Origin: Actinomycetales bacterium
Lineage (GTDB): Bacteria > Actinomycetota > Actinomycetes > JAJZTN01
Assembly: GCA_051960855.1 (NCBI GenBank)
Contig: JBQCDV010000207.1
Coordinates: 146-64,145, forward strand
Reading direction: 5' to 3'
Length of the DNA: 64,000 bases
A program made the translations under genes and the position numbers. Below the pieces are notes generated by a model. It was not told where the DNA came from. It saw only the letters and a program-made list of their open reading frames with translations, and searched no databases. Position 1 is the first letter of the stretch, and every line of letters starts with the position of its first letter. Shown here one piece after another: positions 29,089-37,113 of the stretch.

Positions 29089-30416
29089 GCGACGTGCCCC
29101 GCAAGGCGGTGACCCGCGGCATCAAGCTGGCGTCCCTTCCCCTGGGTTTCGCCGGGCGCGCCACCGTCGGCCTGGGCAAGCGCATCGGGGGTCGTCCCGC
29201 CGAGATCGTCGCCGCCGAGATCCAGGCGCGCACCGCCGAGCAGATCTTCCGCGTCCTGGGCGAGCTCAAGGGCGGCGCGATGAAGTTCGGCCAGGCCATG
29301 AGCGTGTTCGAGGCTGCGCTCCCCGAGGAGGTCGCGGGCCCCTACCGCGCCACCCTGACCAAGCTGCAGGAGGCAGCGCCGCCGCTGCCCGCGCGTGCCG
29401 TCCACCAGGTGCTCTCCGAGCAGCTCGGCCCGGAGTGGCGCCAGCTGTTCGAGAGTTTCGATGACAAGCCGGCGGCGGCCGCCTCGATCGGGCAGGTGCA
29501 CCGCGCGGTCTGGCATGACGGGCGCGCGGTGGCGGTCAAGGTCCAGTACCCCGGTGCCGGCGAGGCGCTGCTCGGCGACCTCGCACAGATCTCGCGCCTG
29601 GCCCGCGTCTTCGGATCCCTTGCCCCCGGCCTCGACATCAAGCCGCTGCTGGCCGAGCTGCGCGAGCGGGTGGCCGAGGAGCTGGACTACGAGCTGGAGG
29701 CAGAGGCGCAGCAGCGGTGCGCCGAGGTCTACGACGCGGACCCTGACATCGCCGTGCCGCACGTCGTCCACTCCAGCGAGCGCGTACTGGTGACCGAGTG
29801 GCTGGAAGGCACGCCGCTCTCGCGGATCATCGCCGAGGGCACTCAGGACGAGCGCAACCTCGGCGGCCGGCTCCTGGTCCGCTTCCTCTTCAGCGGGCCG
29901 CAGCGCGCCGGGCTGCTGCATGCCGACCCGCATCCCGGCAACTTCCGGATCCTCGAGGACGGCCGCCTCGGCGTGCTCGACTTCGGCGCCGTCAACCGGC
30001 TGCCCGACGGCCTGCCCGAGCCCATCGGTCCACTGCTCGCCCTCGCAATCGACGGGCAGGCCGAGGCCGTGCTGGACGGCCTCCAGGCGCTGGGCTTCGT
30101 CAAGCCCGACGTCCGCCTCGACGCCCAGCGGCTGCTCGACTACCTCTCGCCGCTTCTCGAGCCGGCGGTCGTCGAGGAGTTCCACTTCAACCGCGCCTGG
30201 ATGCGAGAGCAGGCCCTGCGCGTCGGCGACCCCCGCTCCCCCGCCTACACGGTTGGCACCCAGCTCAACCTGCCGCCGGAGTACCTGCTGATCCACCGCG
30301 TCACCATGGGGGCTATCGGCATCCTGTGCCAGCTCGAGGCGATGGCTCCCTTCCGGCAGGAGCTGCTCGACTGGGTCCCGGGATTCGCGGAGACCTCCGA
30401 GCAACTAGCCGGCTGA
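29076..30416 (+). CDS. ABC1/UbiB-family atypical protein kinase
   Basis: ABC1 kinase motifs are present (AAASIGQVHRAVWHDGRAVAVKVQYPG, LLHADPHPGNF, VLDFGAV). Confidence 0.8.
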   Translation: MDRVSDVPRKAVTRGIKLASLPLGFAGRATVGLGKRIGGRPAEIVAAEIQARTAEQIFRVLGELKGGAMKFGQAMSVFEAALPEEVAGPYRATLTKLQEAAPPLPARAVHQVLSEQLGPEWRQLFESFDDKPAAAASIGQVHRAVWHDGRAVAVKVQYPGAGEALLGDLAQISRLARVFGSLAPGLDIKPLLAELRERVAEELDYELEAEAQQRCAEVYDADPDIAVPHVVHSSERVLVTEWLEGTPLSRIIAEGTQDERNLGGRLLVRFLFSGPQRAGLLHADPHPGNFRILEDGRLGVLDFGAVNRLPDGLPEPIGPLLALAIDGQAEAVLDGLQALGFVKPDVRLDAQRLLDYLSPLLEPAVVEEFHFNRAWMREQALRVGDPRSPAYTVGTQLNLPPEYLLIHRVTMGAIGILCQLEAMAPFRQELLDWVPGFAETSEQLAG

Positions 30417-30432
30417 GGCCGCGCCTCCGCGG

Positions 30433-30636
30433 TCACCACCAGGCCTGGTCGAGCCGGCCTTCGATGCTGCGCAGGTGCTCCCGGGTGCACGCCGGGCACA
30501 GCAGATCCTGCCGTCCCGGCTGGTCGCGCAGGACGCTCCACGCGTGCAGCGCGAGCAGAGCCGGCCGATCGGACTCGCTCACCTGCTGGGTCTCGGGCGG
30601 CTCGGCGGCGCCGCATCGGGCGCAGGTGGCGACCAT
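30433..30636 (-). CDS. Small Cys4 zinc-ribbon protein (hypothetical)
   Basis: 67 aa with two CxxC pairs (CARCG...CPAC). A ribosome-binding site GGAAGGA lies upstream of the ATG. Confidence 0.4.
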   Translation of the reverse strand: MVATCARCGAAEPPETQQVSESDRPALLALHAWSVLRDQPGRQDLLCPACTREHLRSIEGRLDQAWW

Positions 30637-30715
30637 GCCCCCATCCTTCCCTGGCAGAGACGACAGCGGGCGCGGACGGACGCCGGCAGGAGTGCCGCCG
30701 GTCCGCCCGCGCCCG

Positions 30716-30742
30716 GCAGGTCACAGGGGGCAGGTCACAAGG
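30716..30742. repeat. Direct repeat GGCAGGTCACA x2 (3-bp spacer) in the intergenic region upstream of the Cys4 small ORF
   Basis: Direct reading (ggcaggtcacagggggcaggtcacaag). Confidence 0.6.
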
Positions 30743-30758
30743 GCCGGTCCGATCTCGC

Positions 30759-31028
30759 TCAGTACATGCTCGCCGCACTCAGGGCACGACGGGCACGAGC
30801 ACTGGCGGTCTCGGCTCGGCGGACTGCTCGCTTGGCGACAAGCAGGCGCCGGGCCTGGCGACTTCGCTCCGCTTCCCGCAGTCGTGACTGCATATTGGCG
30901 CGGGCGAGGTCCTCGTGCAGAAGCTGGTGCATGGCTGTACTCCGGTCTTGGTAGCCCGTCGACGGGACGTCGCGGGCGGTGGCAACGGGAAAGGGGTGGA
31001 GGGACAGAGAGGGCAGCAGGAGGCTCAT
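30759..31028 (-). CDS. Hypothetical protein translationally coupled to whiB7
   Basis: An ATGA overlap links the whiB7 stop and this ORF's ATG at 31028-31025. The product is a 90-aa charged, coil-like protein. Codon bias is moderate. Confidence 0.3.
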   Translation of the reverse strand: MSLLLPSLSLHPFPVATARDVPSTGYQDRSTAMHQLLHEDLARANMQSRLREAERSRQARRLLVAKRAVRRAETASARARRALSAASMY

Positions 31029-31303
31029 GCCGCCACCTCGGTCTTGCGCGGGCGCCCGCGGGGGCGCTTGCGGGGGACGACGACGCCCTGGTTGAACAGC
31101 TCGCCGCCCCAGACGCCCCACGGCTCCTGCCGCTGAAGCGCGCCCAGCAGGCAGGCGTCAACAGCAGGGCACGTACGGCACAGGGCCTTGGCGAACTCAA
31201 CGTCGTCGGGGGTCTCGGCGAAGAAGAGCTCCGGGTCGTAGCTGCGACACGGGAGTCCGTCCTCGATGCGTGATAGCTCGTCGCACAGAGCTGCGAGCTG
31301 CAC
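31025..31303 (-). CDS. whiB7: WhiB7-like transcriptional regulator (WhiB family with C-terminal AT-hook)
   Basis: The four Fe-S cysteines (CRSYDPELFF...CRTCPAVDAC), the GVWGG turn and the C-terminal AT-hook RPRGRPRK are all present. The start is taken at GTG 31303, 8 nt after AGGAGGTGA. An alternative GTG at 31312 overlaps the ribosome-binding site. Confidence 0.8.
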   Translation of the reverse strand: MQLAALCDELSRIEDGLPCRSYDPELFFAETPDDVEFAKALCRTCPAVDACLLGALQRQEPWGVWGGELFNQGVVVPRKRPRGRPRKTEVAA

Positions 31304-31420
31304 GGCGGTCACCTCCTGCAGGTGGGTTGTCGGGGCTGGTTCGGTCTCGGTCGAACCGGCTGGCTGCCGGATCGTCGGCGATGGATCCGGGAGCGCTGCC
31401 CTCGTGCCGGCCAGAGAAGG

Positions 31421-31470
31421 GGCCGGACAAACAACGAGGCCGCGGATCCCGAGTCGGGTTCCGCGGCCTG
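31421..31470 (-). terminator. Intrinsic terminator/attenuator between the uORF and whiB7
   Basis: On the minus strand, GGCCGCGGAACCCGA-C-UCGGGAUCCGCGGCC forms an about-20-bp stem with one mismatch. It is followed by CUCGUUGUUUGUCC. Confidence 0.65.
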
Positions 31471-31492
31471 GGCCTGCAGGTCTGAGAGGTCT

Positions 31493-31706
31493 CTAGACCG
31501 GAGGACTCCAGGTGCGAACACCCGGGTCGAACTGCGGGGCATCGGTGAAACGGATGCCCGCGGGCGCGCCGGTGAGAGGCGCGACGACAGGAGCCACAAA
31601 GGCGCCAGTGCTGGCGACGCAGTAGACCTTCACGCCGGAGGCGACACGAGTCGCGGCGGCAGCCATCAGCTGCGAACGCTGAGCGGTGGAAATCGTCGTC
31701 GACATT
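31493..31706 (-). CDS. whiB7 leader peptide / upstream ORF (71 codons)
   Basis: The ATG at 31706 is preceded by a perfect AGGAGGTGA ribosome-binding site. The ORF ends 24 nt before a strong terminator hairpin, and the peptide is Ala/Val-rich. Its position matches uORF-controlled attenuation of whiB7. Confidence 0.5.
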
Positions 31707-31776
31707 GCGTCACCTCCTAGGTCGTGGATGTCGGCTTGCCAACCGAGCATGGTCCGGCGCGGTGCCGGTGAGAAGG

Positions 31777-31830
31777 AGAGTAGGCCCTGGCCGTTGTCAG
31801 CGGCAACCATATTTTTCGACAGTTACTCGA
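31777..31830 (-). promoter_or_regulatory. Putative whiB7 promoter: AT-rich box (AGTAACTGTCGAAAAATATGG) abutting -35 TTGCCG, 18-bp spacer, -10 TACTCT
   Basis: The only AT-rich stretch in a high-GC neighbourhood lies immediately 5' of a sigma-A-like -35. This matches the known WhiB7 autoregulatory architecture, in which the AT-hook binds an AT-rich site next to -35. Confidence 0.5.
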
Positions 31831-31847
31831 TCGAGATCTTGTGGAGA

Positions 31848-33953
31848 TTACGAGGCTGTCGTCCCGGCGACGAGCGCGAGGACGTCCTCGCCGAACTTCT
31901 CCAGCTTCGCCGCTCCCACTCCAGACACCGCGGACAGCGCACACCGGTCCGCGGGCCGACGCTCGGCGATGGCCAGCAGCGTCGCGTCGGTGAAGACCAC
32001 GAAGGCGGGCACGCTGGCGGCCTTGGCCGTGGCGGTACGCCATTCCCGCAGCCGCTCCAGCAGCGCGAGGTCGACGTCGCCGGGGCACTGCGGGCAGCGG
32101 CCGAGCTTGCGGGAGACCCCGTCGGGCAGCAGCGCGCCGCACGACCGGCAGGTGGCCGGACGCCGTTCGACAGTCGAGCGCGAACGTCGCCCGCGCGCGG
32201 CCCCCGTGGCGCCTGGGCGCGGCCGCGACTCAGACTCCGACTCCGACTCCGGCAGCAGCGGCGCCAGGAACCGGCTGGGGCGGCGGTTGGCGGGACCACC
32301 CGGGGTGCGAGCGGTCGTCCAGCTCAGCTGGAGCCGGCGTCGCGCCCGCGTGACACCGACGTAGAGCAGCCGCCGCTCCTCCTCGATCGCCGCAGCGGTC
32401 TGCGCGTGAGAGATCGGCAGCAGCCCTTCGCCCACTCCCACGAGGTAGACCTCGTCCCACTCCAGGCCCTTCGCGGCGTGCAGGCTGGCGAGTGTGACGC
32501 CCTCGACAGCGGGCGCGTGCGCGCTCGCGGCGCGCTCGGCCAGCTCTGCGACGTAGTCGGCGAACGTCGCGGCCGGAGCTGCGGCCTGCAGCTCCTCGGC
32601 CAGGCGCACCAGGGCGGACAGCGACTCCCACCGCTCCCGAGCCGGGCCCGCCGCTGGCGGCTCATCCGCCGACCAGCCCGACGACGAGAGCACGTCGCGG
32701 ACGGCGGCGACCAGCGACGGCCCCTCTGGCGCCGTGGCGCCCCGGGCGGCGCCGCGCAGCAGGACCAGAGCCTGGCGCACCTCGGGCCGCTCCCAGAAGC
32801 GTTCGGTGCCGCGCAGCACAAACGGCACGTTGACGTCGGTGAGGGCCTCTTCGAGGCTCTGGGACTGGGCGTTGGTCCGGAAGAGCACGGCGACCTGCGA
32901 GGCCGGGACCCCCTCGGCGACGCGTCGTGCGATGTCGGCCGCTACCCCCCGGGCCTCGGCGACCTCGTCGGCGAAGGACAGCACGCGCGGCTCGGGTCCG
33001 TCGGCAACGACGCTGCGCAGCGCCACCCCACCGTGCTGCCGGCTCGGCAGCACCGCGTTGGCCGCGGCCACGATCTGCGGCGTGCAGCGGTAGCTGCGGA
33101 CCAGTCGCACGACCTGTGCCCCCGGGTGACGCTCCTGGAAACCGAGCAGATATCTCGGGTCGGCTCCGGCGAAGGAGTAGATCGTCTGGCCCGGATCGCC
33201 CACCACGGTGAGGTCGTGGCGGCCGGCCAGCCACTGCTCGAGCAGCTGCTGCTGCAGGGCCGAGACGTCCTGGTACTCGTCCACGACGAAGGTGGTGTAC
33301 TGCGCCGTCACCTCCCGGCGGACGTCGGGATAGTCGGCGAGCAGCCCGATCGTGAGCAGCAGGACGTCCTCGAAGTCCATGAGGCCGCGATCGCGCTTGA
33401 CCTCCTCGTAGCCCTCGAGAACCGTCTGCACCCGGGGCAGCTCCCAGCCGGGCGGAGCGGTGCGCCGAGCTGCGGCGGCCGCCTCCGCGTAGCCCTCGAC
33501 CGGCACGAGCGCGGACTTGCGCCACTCGACCTCGGCGGCGAGATCGCGCAGGACGGTGCGGTCGCTGCGCAGCGCCGCACGCGAGCATGCCTCTGCGAGG
33601 ACCGGGAGTTTGGAGTCCACCAGGCGTGGGGGCGGCGAGCCAACCGCCCGCGGCCAGAAGAACTGCAGCTGGCGCAGCGCCGCCGCGTGGAAGGTGCGGG
33701 CCTGGACGCCTCCGACATCCATCGCCCGCAGCCGGCCGCGCATCTCGCCAGCAGCGCGGGCGGTGAACGTGACCGCGAGCACGGAGGTCGGAGCAACCTG
33801 GTCGGTGAGGACGGCGTGGGCGATGCGAGCGGTAATCGCGCGGGTCTTGCCCGTGCCGGCGCCGGCGAGCACGCACAGCGGGCCGGCGGGCGCGGTCGCC
33901 ACCTGCCGCTGCTCGGGGTCCAGGCTGGCGAGCAGGTCCTGCGACGGCGTCAC
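31848..33953 (-). CDS. uvrD2: ATP-dependent DNA helicase UvrD2 (UvrD motor + tetracysteine + HRDC)
   Basis: Walker A AGAGTGKT and UvrD motifs are present. The C-terminus has CRSCG...CPQCPGD followed by an HRDC-like domain (VPAFVVFTDATLLAIAE). With a GTG start at 33953 the product is 701 aa, like Mtb UvrD2. Confidence 0.8.
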   Translation of the reverse strand: MTPSQDLLASLDPEQRQVATAPAGPLCVLAGAGTGKTRAITARIAHAVLTDQVAPTSVLAVTFTARAAGEMRGRLRAMDVGGVQARTFHAAALRQLQFFWPRAVGSPPPRLVDSKLPVLAEACSRAALRSDRTVLRDLAAEVEWRKSALVPVEGYAEAAAAARRTAPPGWELPRVQTVLEGYEEVKRDRGLMDFEDVLLLTIGLLADYPDVRREVTAQYTTFVVDEYQDVSALQQQLLEQWLAGRHDLTVVGDPGQTIYSFAGADPRYLLGFQERHPGAQVVRLVRSYRCTPQIVAAANAVLPSRQHGGVALRSVVADGPEPRVLSFADEVAEARGVAADIARRVAEGVPASQVAVLFRTNAQSQSLEEALTDVNVPFVLRGTERFWERPEVRQALVLLRGAARGATAPEGPSLVAAVRDVLSSSGWSADEPPAAGPARERWESLSALVRLAEELQAAAPAATFADYVAELAERAASAHAPAVEGVTLASLHAAKGLEWDEVYLVGVGEGLLPISHAQTAAAIEEERRLLYVGVTRARRRLQLSWTTARTPGGPANRRPSRFLAPLLPESESESESRPRPGATGAARGRRSRSTVERRPATCRSCGALLPDGVSRKLGRCPQCPGDVDLALLERLREWRTATAKAASVPAFVVFTDATLLAIAERRPADRCALSAVSGVGAAKLEKFGEDVLALVAGTTAS

Positions 33954-34135
33954 TCCGCCAGTCTCCCAGCCCGCGTCCGCGCCCTCCGCGGTTATCCCCT
34001 GCCATGCTGGCGGGAAGAGAGGTCGTGACGGGGGGGCGGAGCCCGCCGGTGCCGGATTAGAACGCCGGTCGCGCGGGTTGCTCTCCGGTGACAGCAACGG
34101 GCGCGGCAGTCGCCGCCTGAGCAGAGGAGCGTCCT

Positions 34136-34378
34136 GTGGGTGCCTCGATCACGATGTACAGCACGAGCTGGTGTGGCTACTGCCGACGGCTGAAGAGCCA
34201 GCTCGAGCGTGAGGGCATCGGCTACGACGAGGTCAACATCGAGGAGCACCCCGACGCCGCCGCCCTGGTCGAAAAGATCAACAACGGCAACCAGACAGTG
34301 CCCACCGTGGTCTTCCCTGACGGCAGCGCCATGACCAATCCCTCGCTCATCCAGGTCAAGGACAAGCTCGGCGTCTGA
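34136..34378 (+). CDS. mrx1: Mycoredoxin / glutaredoxin-like protein
   Basis: CGYC active site (YSTSWCGYCRRLK) and a downstream TVPTV motif, in a protein of about 80 aa. A GTG start follows the ribosome-binding site AGGAGCG. Confidence 0.8.
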   Translation: MGASITMYSTSWCGYCRRLKSQLEREGIGYDEVNIEEHPDAAALVEKINNGNQTVPTVVFPDGSAMTNPSLIQVKDKLGV

Positions 34379-34379
34379 G

Positions 34380-35417
34380 CTAGCGCCAGGTCCCGTCTGC
34401 CGTTAGCGGATCCCCCGCCCACGCCTCGATGAGGCGGCGCGCAATGGAGATCGACGGGGGCAGCCGCAGCTCGCCGGAGGCGAGTGCGGCCTCGAGCTCG
34501 CCGTGGTCGAACCACCGGGCCTCGGCGATCTCGACCCCGTCGACGCGCGGCTCCTCCCCCTCGACGCGGGCGACGAACCCGAGCATGAGTGAGGACGGGA
34601 ACGGCCACGGCTGGCTGCCGACGTAGCGGACCTCGCGGACCGTGAGGCCGACCTCCTCGGCCACCTCCCGAGCAACGGCTCGCTCCAGGCTCTCCCCCGG
34701 CTCGACAAAACCGGCCAGGGTCGAGAACCGTCGCTCCGGCCACGACGCCTGCCTGCCCAGGAGCAGCCGGTCGCTCTCGTCGACGACGGTCATGATCACT
34801 GCCGGGTCCGTGCGCGGATAGTGCTCCGTGGCGTCCTTCGGGCACCGGCGCACCGTCCCGGCCAGGACCGGCTCGGTGGGTGCGCCGCAGCGCGGGCAGT
34901 GGGTGTGGCTGCGGTGCCACGCCGCGAGCGCGACGGCATGCACGACCAGCCCCGCCTCCAGGTCATCGAGCACCGCCCCCACGTCGCGCAGGCCCGCCCA
35001 GCGCACGTGGCCGGCCGCCACTCCGGGAAACTCCCGAACGACGCTGCTCGCCGCCGCGCCGTCGTCGACACCCGATCCGTCCGCGGTCGTCGCGGCCCTG
35101 GCCGCCACACCACCGGCGTCGAGGTCCAGCGCGGCGAAGTAGGTGGTCTCGCCCATCCGCCCGAGGTAGGCGACGACCACGCCGGGCGATCCCGCTCCGT
35201 CTGAGACCGAAAGCGGCACCTGCGTCGCCGGCAGGAGGACCAGCCGGCCGTCGTCGTCCACCGGGACCTGGCCGTCGTGAACGACGAGGACACGCCCGGT
35301 GGCGGCCCACTGGCGTGCGAGCCACTCCGGGTCGCCACGGTGGTCGGCGTCGCGGTCGACGACCGCCCGGGAGAGCGCGAGGTCGATCAGCGGCTGCTGG
35401 TCATCGATGGAGGGCAC
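34380..35417 (-). CDS. nudC: NAD(+) diphosphatase NudC (NADH pyrophosphatase)
   Basis: Zinc ribbon CPRCGAPTEP...RRCP followed by a Nudix box (GFVEPGESLERAVAREVAEEVGL). Confidence 0.85.
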   Translation of the reverse strand: MPSIDDQQPLIDLALSRAVVDRDADHRGDPEWLARQWAATGRVLVVHDGQVPVDDDGRLVLLPATQVPLSVSDGAGSPGVVVAYLGRMGETTYFAALDLDAGGVAARAATTADGSGVDDGAAASSVVREFPGVAAGHVRWAGLRDVGAVLDDLEAGLVVHAVALAAWHRSHTHCPRCGAPTEPVLAGTVRRCPKDATEHYPRTDPAVIMTVVDESDRLLLGRQASWPERRFSTLAGFVEPGESLERAVAREVAEEVGLTVREVRYVGSQPWPFPSSLMLGFVARVEGEEPRVDGVEIAEARWFDHGELEAALASGELRLPPSISIARRLIEAWAGDPLTADGTWR

Positions 35418-35474
35418 CCCTCGACACTAGGTCCCGAATCGCCGGTGCTCGCCACAGCCCCTAGCGTCGACCCC

Positions 35475-36314
35475 GTGCGACTGGTCACCGCGAACCTCCT
35501 CAGCGGCAGGGCCCTCGGCCCGCGAGACGGCGACCGGTCCTCCCCCGGAGCCGACCTCGCGGGCCGCTCGACTCCCGATCAGCTGCGCTCGGCGATGCGA
35601 CAACTAAGGGACGACCTCGAGCCCGACATCGTGGCCCTGCAGGAGGTCGACTGCCACGCGGAGCGGTCCGGAGGGGTCGACCAGGCAGCCCTCGCCAGTG
35701 AGCAGCTGGGCCTGCCACATCAGCGCTTCGCGGCTGCCGTCATCGGAACTCCCGACGGGTCGCGGTCATCGTGGCGCGCGGCCACGAACGCCGACGAGCC
35801 CGTAGGGGGCGCCAACGGCCTCGCCTCGTACGGCGTCGCGCTGCTCAGCCGCTGGCCGGTGACGGACTGGCGCGTGCTGCGGCTGCGCGGCGCGCCGGTC
35901 TCGGTGCCGATTCCGCTGCCGGCGGGGCAGGGGTGGCTCCGGGTCGCGGACGAGCCCCGCGTGGTTCTCGCCGCGACCGTGCGCACGCCAGGCGCGGAGG
36001 TAACGGTGGCATGCACCCATCTGTCCTTCGTCCCGGGCTGGCAGATGTGGCAGCTGAAGCGGGCGGTCTCCTGGCTGGGCGACGCACCGGGTCCCCGGCT
36101 GCTCCTCGGCGACCTCAACCTGCCCGGACGGTTCGCGGCAGGGGTCTCTCGCTGGCGGTCCCTGGGCTCGGCGGCCACCTTCCCGGCGGCGGCGCCGCGG
36201 CTGCAGCTCGACCACATGCTCACCGACGCGCCGCAGCTGACCGCTGCGTCGTTCGGGAGCTACACGATGACCGTGTCCGACCACCGCGCCCTGGTCGCCG
36301 AGATCGGCTGGTAG
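35475..36314 (+). CDS. Endonuclease/exonuclease/phosphatase (EEP) family protein
   Basis: EEP motifs are present (VRLVTANLL..., [10 protein letters not shown]-terminal [10 protein letters not shown]). A GTG start is assumed. Confidence 0.7.
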   Translation: MRLVTANLLSGRALGPRDGDRSSPGADLAGRSTPDQLRSAMRQLRDDLEPDIVALQEVDCHAERSGGVDQAALASEQLGLPHQRFAAAVIGTPDGSRSSWRAATNADEPVGGANGLASYGVALLSRWPVTDWRVLRLRGAPVSVPIPLPAGQGWLRVADEPRVVLAATVRTPGAEVTVACTHLSFVPGWQMWQLKRAVSWLGDAPGPRLLLGDLNLPGRFAAGVSRWRSLGSAATFPAAAPRLQLDHMLTDAPQLTAASFGSYTMTVSDHRALVAEIGW

Positions 36315-36351
36315 CCGACGTCGCGCCTGCGACGTCTGTGAGGATGCGTGC

Positions 36352-37077
36352 GTGAGCACGCACATCGGCGCCCGTGCCGGCGACATCGCCCCCAACGTCC
36401 TGCTGCCCGGGGACCCCCTGCGCGCGAAGTGGATCGCGGAGACGTTCCTCGAGGACCCGGCGTGCTACTCGACGGTCCGCAACATGCTCGGCTACACCGG
36501 GAGCTTCCGCGGCACCCCGGTGTCGGTGCAGGGGACGGGCATGGGGCAGCCGTCGCTTGCCATCTACGTGCACGAGCTGCTCGCGGAGTACGGCGTCAGG
36601 CGGCTCATCCGCGTCGGCTCGTGCGGTGCCCTGGCGCAGAGCCTTCGCTTGCGCGACGTGATCGTGGCGACCAGCGCCTCGACCGACTCCGCCATCAACC
36701 GCCACCGCTTCGAGGGGGTCGACTTCGCACCGACGGCGGACTTCGGGCTGCTGCGCGCCGCAGTCGAGGCGGCGGAGGCGGCGGGGCAGCCCGTCACGGT
36801 CGGCCCGGTCGCCTCCTGGGACAGCTTCTACAGCGACCGTCCGGAGCTGCTGCAGCGGCTCGGCGAGTACGGCGTGCTGGCCGTGGAGATGGAGACGGCG
36901 GCTCTCTACACGCTCGCCGCCAAGCACCGTGCCGCTGCCGTCTCGCTGCTCACCGTCAGCGACTCGCTGGTGTCGGGCGAGGAGACCAGCGCCCACGAGC
37001 GAGAGCAAACCTTCGCCGACATGGTGCACGTCGCACTCGAGGCGGTCGTCGCACATGCCGCACAGGTCCGAGGCTGA
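36352..37077 (+). CDS. deoD: Purine nucleoside phosphorylase DeoD-type
   Basis: PNP/UDP family 1 motifs are present ([44 protein letters not shown]). Confidence 0.8.
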   Translation: MSTHIGARAGDIAPNVLLPGDPLRAKWIAETFLEDPACYSTVRNMLGYTGSFRGTPVSVQGTGMGQPSLAIYVHELLAEYGVRRLIRVGSCGALAQSLRLRDVIVATSASTDSAINRHRFEGVDFAPTADFGLLRAAVEAAEAAGQPVTVGPVASWDSFYSDRPELLQRLGEYGVLAVEMETAALYTLAAKHRAAAVSLLTVSDSLVSGEETSAHEREQTFADMVHVALEAVVAHAAQVRG

Positions 37078-37113
37078 GCCGGCGACCGTCAGGCTAGGAC
37101 ATCGCGCCAGTTG

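Noticed and set aside
31686-34028. 780-aa plus-strand ORF
   Set aside because: It is antisense to uvrD2 and has no motifs.
33954-34135. LexA/SOS box upstream of uvrD2
   Set aside because: There is only a partial resemblance (TAGAAC-N4-GTCGCG) to TCGAAC-N4-GTTCGA, which is not convincing.
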